This document shows, piece by piece, positions 60,663-64,000 of a DNA stretch of 64,000 nt. The position numbers were made by a program, and so were the translations under genes. The notes under the pieces are model-generated. The model was not told the origin of the DNA. It saw only the letters and a program-made list of their open reading frames with translations, and did no database searches. The DNA comes from a virus (lineage: Duplodnaviria > Caudoviricetes). Numbering within the stretch: position 1 is the stretch's first letter; each line of letters starts with the position of its first letter. The stretch is taken from IMG/VR virus record IMGVR_UViG_3300031813_000013, positions 1 through 64,000 of that record. One strand, written 5' to 3'.

Positions 60663-61526
60663 TTATGCTCCTATTTCACGAGGTATTGGTGGACCTGTAG
60701 GTCCTTTTGGTGATATGTGAATGTGTGTATTGTGTAAACCCAAATTCAACGTATCGAACGCCCACATGGCTTTCATTACCCCAAATAATGCCAATGGTGC
60801 TGATGTGGAAACGGTTGCATTAACTTGACCAAGCAAAGGAATACCGGGTCCAGCTTGAACGCCACCAAGTTCTGTAACAAATCCCTGTGGACCTGCACCG
60901 ACACCAAGTAATGCATCGATGCGTCCTGTTGATGTAATCTTTTGTGCAACAATTTCACCATCGGTGTGTAAATCGCCCTTGATGTGCATATAATCACCAG
61001 GTTCAACTTTTAAACCACCACCAATAGCACCGCCACATTGTAGAACGGTGTCTGACTGTGAGGTCATGTGAATTAAACCTTCAGAAGTGACAGACATATC
61101 ACCTTTGACATGCAATTCATAGTTACCATCAACTTGTTCTATCTTATCACCAACCACATGCATGTTCACATCACCATAAACTGTGATGTTGAGTTTAGCC
61201 AAAGTGCCTGCACCTTCTGTACCAATAACAATGTTGTGGTCATTACAAGTTATGAAGAATCCATTGCCAGTAATCTTTTGAACCATGTCACCATTCGGTG
61301 CCATTTCAATAAAGGTATTTTTTCTATGCTGTAAACGAACTCGTTCACGGTCCAAAGTATCATCCATCTCAAACAAATGACCACTTTGAGTTTGTGTTAC
61401 ATTGTTAAATGGGTAGACGGGTTGGCTATTAGCATATGTTGTATTTGCAGCAGATTCTGGTTGAATAAAACCGCTGTATATTTGTGGTGGTGCCTGTACT
61501 TCTGGTGCGTCTGGTAAATCACTCAT
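60663..61526 (-). CDS. gp5: Baseplate central spike, gp5 C-terminal (beta-helix) part
   Basis: YPFNNVTQTQSGHLFEMDDT..RERVRLQH...TFIEM.PNG, V.GD...V.G repeats; ends HNTHIH..PKGPTGPP. Confidence 0.85.
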   Translation of the reverse strand: MSDLPDAPEVQAPPQIYSGFIQPESAANTTYANSQPVYPFNNVTQTQSGHLFEMDDTLDRERVRLQHRKNTFIEMAPNGDMVQKITGNGFFITCNDHNIVIGTEGAGTLAKLNITVYGDVNMHVVGDKIEQVDGNYELHVKGDMSVTSEGLIHMTSQSDTVLQCGGAIGGGLKVEPGDYMHIKGDLHTDGEIVAQKITSTGRIDALLGVGAGPQGFVTELGGVQAGPGIPLLGQVNATVSTSAPLALFGVMKAMWAFDTLNLGLHNTHIHISPKGPTGPPIPREIGA

Positions 61527-61527
61527 A

Positions 61528-62589
61528 TTATGGTCCTGAAGAATTGCTCAAAGTTGTTCCCAAAGAAGCGGGAGCATTAGATATAGCCGAAGTTACTGCA
61601 CCATTTACACTAATCACATGTTGTTGTGTTGGTGGATTGCCGTATGAAATTTCTGTAATAATTGGTCTAATTATGGCTGCTGTGGTGTTTGATGTTACCA
61701 CATTGCTTGATGCGGTTTGCGCTGTAGCCAATGTAGTGCCTGTCATGATATTAACATTATCTTGAACACTTTGCATTTGTAGTCCAACAGACTGTAAAGC
61801 ATTGGTGAAATTTGCAAGACAACCTTTTAAAATTGCTTGTATTTGACCAGGCAAACTTTTAATCCATGAGATGATTTGAGATAGGTCTTTCAACAAATAA
61901 TATACAGCCGATGCATCTGTTATGTAACGTAAGATTTTGTTTATAATTTCATTAACATTTGCTAGAGTACCCTTTGCAACGGAAAAGCTGACAGAGTATT
62001 GGCCAGTAACGTCAAGATTTAATCCTGAAAGCAACAATTTTATGGCTGCTCTAAATGTGTTGTTTAGAATGTTCATTGCCATTCTTATGGCTGCTGCTGC
62101 GGCTGATTTACCTTGTGAAATTGCTTTTTTGATTGCATTCACTGGATTAACAACATTGATATCTATGTTTGGAATAACAAATTTGAAGTCACAAGCATGT
62201 GTTAGTGTTGAGTTTGTCGAAGCAATGCCTGTATTGATTAATGCACCACGGGCTGTACCTGGAATTGTGGGTGTGCCAATAGTTAAAAATGATCCATTCC
62301 AGTTTGATGGCCATGCTGGCGCATTGATTTGATTCAATATACCATTTACTGTGTTGGATTCTGGTAAGTTTAGAAATGAGGGTGTGTTTACACCAAGACT
62401 ATTTGTTGCACCAGAAAATGCGTTACCAATTATAGAAGCCGCATCAGCAACACCAGTTGAAACAATATTGTTTAAGTCTGATAAATTTGGTAGTGAGCCA
62501 GTGGTTGCAGATACAGATATGCCAGCGTTTACATTAACGTTGGATACTGTTGTTGAACTTGTTGCTGTTGCTGTTGTTAAAGTTGTCAT
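61528..62589 (-). CDS. Helical protein lying between the gp5 N- and C-terminal ORFs (gp5 middle-region equivalent)
   Basis: 353 aa, Thr/Ser-rich N-terminus then amphipathic helices; no lysozyme catalytic motif recognisable. Confidence 0.6.
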   Translation of the reverse strand: MTTLTTATATSSTTVSNVNVNAGISVSATTGSLPNLSDLNNIVSTGVADAASIIGNAFSGATNSLGVNTPSFLNLPESNTVNGILNQINAPAWPSNWNGSFLTIGTPTIPGTARGALINTGIASTNSTLTHACDFKFVIPNIDINVVNPVNAIKKAISQGKSAAAAAIRMAMNILNNTFRAAIKLLLSGLNLDVTGQYSVSFSVAKGTLANVNEIINKILRYITDASAVYYLLKDLSQIISWIKSLPGQIQAILKGCLANFTNALQSVGLQMQSVQDNVNIMTGTTLATAQTASSNVVTSNTTAAIIRPIITEISYGNPPTQQHVISVNGAVTSAISNAPASLGTTLSNSSGP

Positions 62590-62632
62590 TTTGTTGTTTT
62601 AGGTGTAGATTTTTGTTGTTTTAGGTGTAGAT
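62589..62632. repeat. Exact 22-bp tandem duplication
   Basis: TTTTGTTGTTTTAGGTGTAGAT at 62589-62610 and 62611-62632. Confidence 0.95.
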
Positions 62633-62934
62633 GCTGGAGCAATAGCAGGTATGACACCGAACATAAGTGGAAATTGACCACTTTCGCCATCCATAAAGAA
62701 TCCAAGAACCCATTCACCAATACGCAATGTTTGAAACTGATATGGCGTATTTATAGAGTGAATTGGATGTGCCCATGGCAAATCTGAGTCTGGAATTAAA
62801 GATTTGTTATCTGTATGCCAACCAAAAATACGCACCTTACAACGACCAACACCTAGAGGGTCAGCATTGTCTACGACTTGGCCAGTCCACCATACAAATC
62901 CATTTAACCCTGCAAAATTGTTTACTGCTTTCAT
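62599..62934 (-). CDS. gp5: gp5 N-terminal OB-fold domain as a stand-alone ORF
   Basis: FVWWTGQV.D..DPLG.GRCKVRIFGWHT......P..DLPWA.P...GEWV.GFF.DG..GQ.P..FG.IP. Confidence 0.9.
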   Translation of the reverse strand: MKAVNNFAGLNGFVWWTGQVVDNADPLGVGRCKVRIFGWHTDNKSLIPDSDLPWAHPIHSINTPYQFQTLRIGEWVLGFFMDGESGQFPLMFGVIPAIAPASTPKTTKIYT

Positions 62935-62935
62935 T

Positions 62936-64000
62936 TTAACTTATCGCTGTTTGCCAAGAAGAATCGTTTGGTGGTGAAGGATAACCTGTTGCAGAACTTT
63001 CTTTTGCCACCTCGATGATGGTTCTGTATTCATTCTCACTGATTAGATGCCTTGTTGCTGTTATCAAATAGTTACCAGACATAAACAAGTTTGGTGCTTT
63101 TTCTGATGGATTATTTGATGGTAAAATGAATTCTATAACAGCACCAACTGTCAATTTAGGGTCACCAGGAACTACAAGTTTGATTCTGGTGTAGTTATCT
63201 AATGATAATTGTGCTGTTCTATATGGTATGTATGTCTCCGCATTGATATTTGGTGCAATAGGTGAAGTATTTGGATATTTTGCTTGCTGTGCTTTAACGT
63301 ATGAGTTGTTGACCTCATCAAAATTACTGTAGACCAATTTCAAAACGGCCTGATTTGTTTCATTTATTTGGTCACCATTTCTATTCACAAAGTTGTTTGT
63401 GATAGCATATTTGTTTAGACCTGATGAATTGGTTGGGCCTGCATAGTTCAAATAATCAAAATTTGTAGTGGTTGTTTTTCTGGTCAAGATATCAACAGAT
63501 ATCAATGAGTTTGCAAACATTCCATTATTCACACCATTCAATGCATCATAAGTGTCAATGATTTCATACGCTATTACGTTTGTAAATTCTTCAACAATGT
63601 CTGGATTGGTTGTATTGTAATAGTTTTTGGGGTCATAGTAATACTTACCTGCTGTGTTACCTGCGGCATTTGACATCATGTATTGCAATGACAAGAAGTT
63701 AAAACCATTCTTATTTTCAAAGAACACCATATCAGCACCAGGAATACCAGGTCTTGGTAATGCATACACCGATAGCCAATTGATTGCATCAAAAGGTTTC
63801 AAATTTGGAATTATAAAACTATAAAGTCCCGATGTTTTTTGTATGTTTAGTTTATTGCTTGGAATCTTTAGTGATTTGAAACCCGTACCAGCACCAGTTG
63901 TCCCACCTGAAGTGCAGATATCATAAATCACATCAGAAATCAGTCTGTTTGGATAAGATTTTGAGATTTTATATTGTTCAGACAACATCAATTCTTCAGA
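62936..64000 (-). CDS. Baseplate hub-like (gp27 / late control D-like) protein, partial (5' end beyond window)
   Basis: Frame open to 64000; SFIIPNLKPFDAINWL, FFENKNGFNFLSL, VPGDP.LTVG..I.F..P, SGNYLIT..RH; directly upstream of the gp5 OB-fold. Confidence 0.65.
   Translation of the reverse strand, partial: SEELMLSEQYKISKSYPNRLISDVIYDICTSGGTTGAGTGFKSLKIPSNKLNIQKTSGLYSFIIPNLKPFDAINWLSVYALPRPGIPGADMVFFENKNGFNFLSLQYMMSNAAGNTAGKYYYDPKNYYNTTNPDIVEEFTNVIAYEIIDTYDALNGVNNGMFANSLISVDILTRKTTTTNFDYLNYAGPTNSSGLNKYAITNNFVNRNGDQINETNQAVLKLVYSNFDEVNNSYVKAQQAKYPNTSPIAPNINAETYIPYRTAQLSLDNYTRIKLVVPGDPKLTVGAVIEFILPSNNPSEKAPNLFMSGNYLITATRHLISENEYRTIIEVAKESSATGYPSPPNDSSWQTAIS

Noticed and set aside
995-62602. Numerous short plus-strand and alternate-frame ORFs overlapping the large genes
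   Set aside because: Fully nested in well-supported genes, no SD or family motifs; expected from GCN/AAY codon bias and repeats.
1-64000. Stop-codon reassignment as an explanation for the split genes
   Set aside because: Long genes read through intact in the standard code; TAA, TGA and TAG all end real genes; the split ORFs restart in different frames, so readthrough would not fuse them.
1-64000. tRNA, rRNA or structured ncRNA genes
   Set aside because: Intergenic gaps are under about 175 bp and are accounted for by promoters, SD sites and terminators; no cloverleaf motifs recognised.

Overview
The whole window is the late (virion morphogenesis) module of a large T4-like myovirus with cyanophage/uncultured-freshwater-type gene organisation. 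Every credible gene is on the minus strand. In transcription order (right to left): partial baseplate hub gene, a gp5 split into three ORFs, gp25, gp6, gp7, a fibre, gp8, a split DUF4815-type giant baseplate protein, a collagen-containing fibre with an S74-type chaperone, a 2OG-Fe(II) oxygenase, several fibre and adaptor genes, a 2678-aa Ala/Asn heptad fibre, a 1491-aa RCC1-repeat protein, a glycosyltransferase/methyltransferase cassette, gp13-gp14-gp15, a second fibre plus LamG pair, gp16-gp17-gp18-gp19-gp20, a His-rich gp67-like protein, two paralogous unknowns, gp21-gp22-gp23, and an Ala/Pro-rich ORF missed by the ORF track that runs off the left edge. T4-type late promoters ((T)ATAAATA) and CUUCGG terminators are visible. 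I saw no tRNA, rRNA, CRISPR array, intron, intein or mobile element. The best candidate for an undescribed system is a late-expressed fibre-tip adhesin plus modification unit: giant fibre, four-propeller RCC1 protein, and three glycosyltransferases (two fused to SAM methyltransferases), alongside a prolyl-hydroxylase-like enzyme next to a collagen fibre. A CFI-box-CTERM-like domain at the split point of the DUF4815 protein is a second candidate. All family assignments come from motif recognition by eye; no database searches were run.
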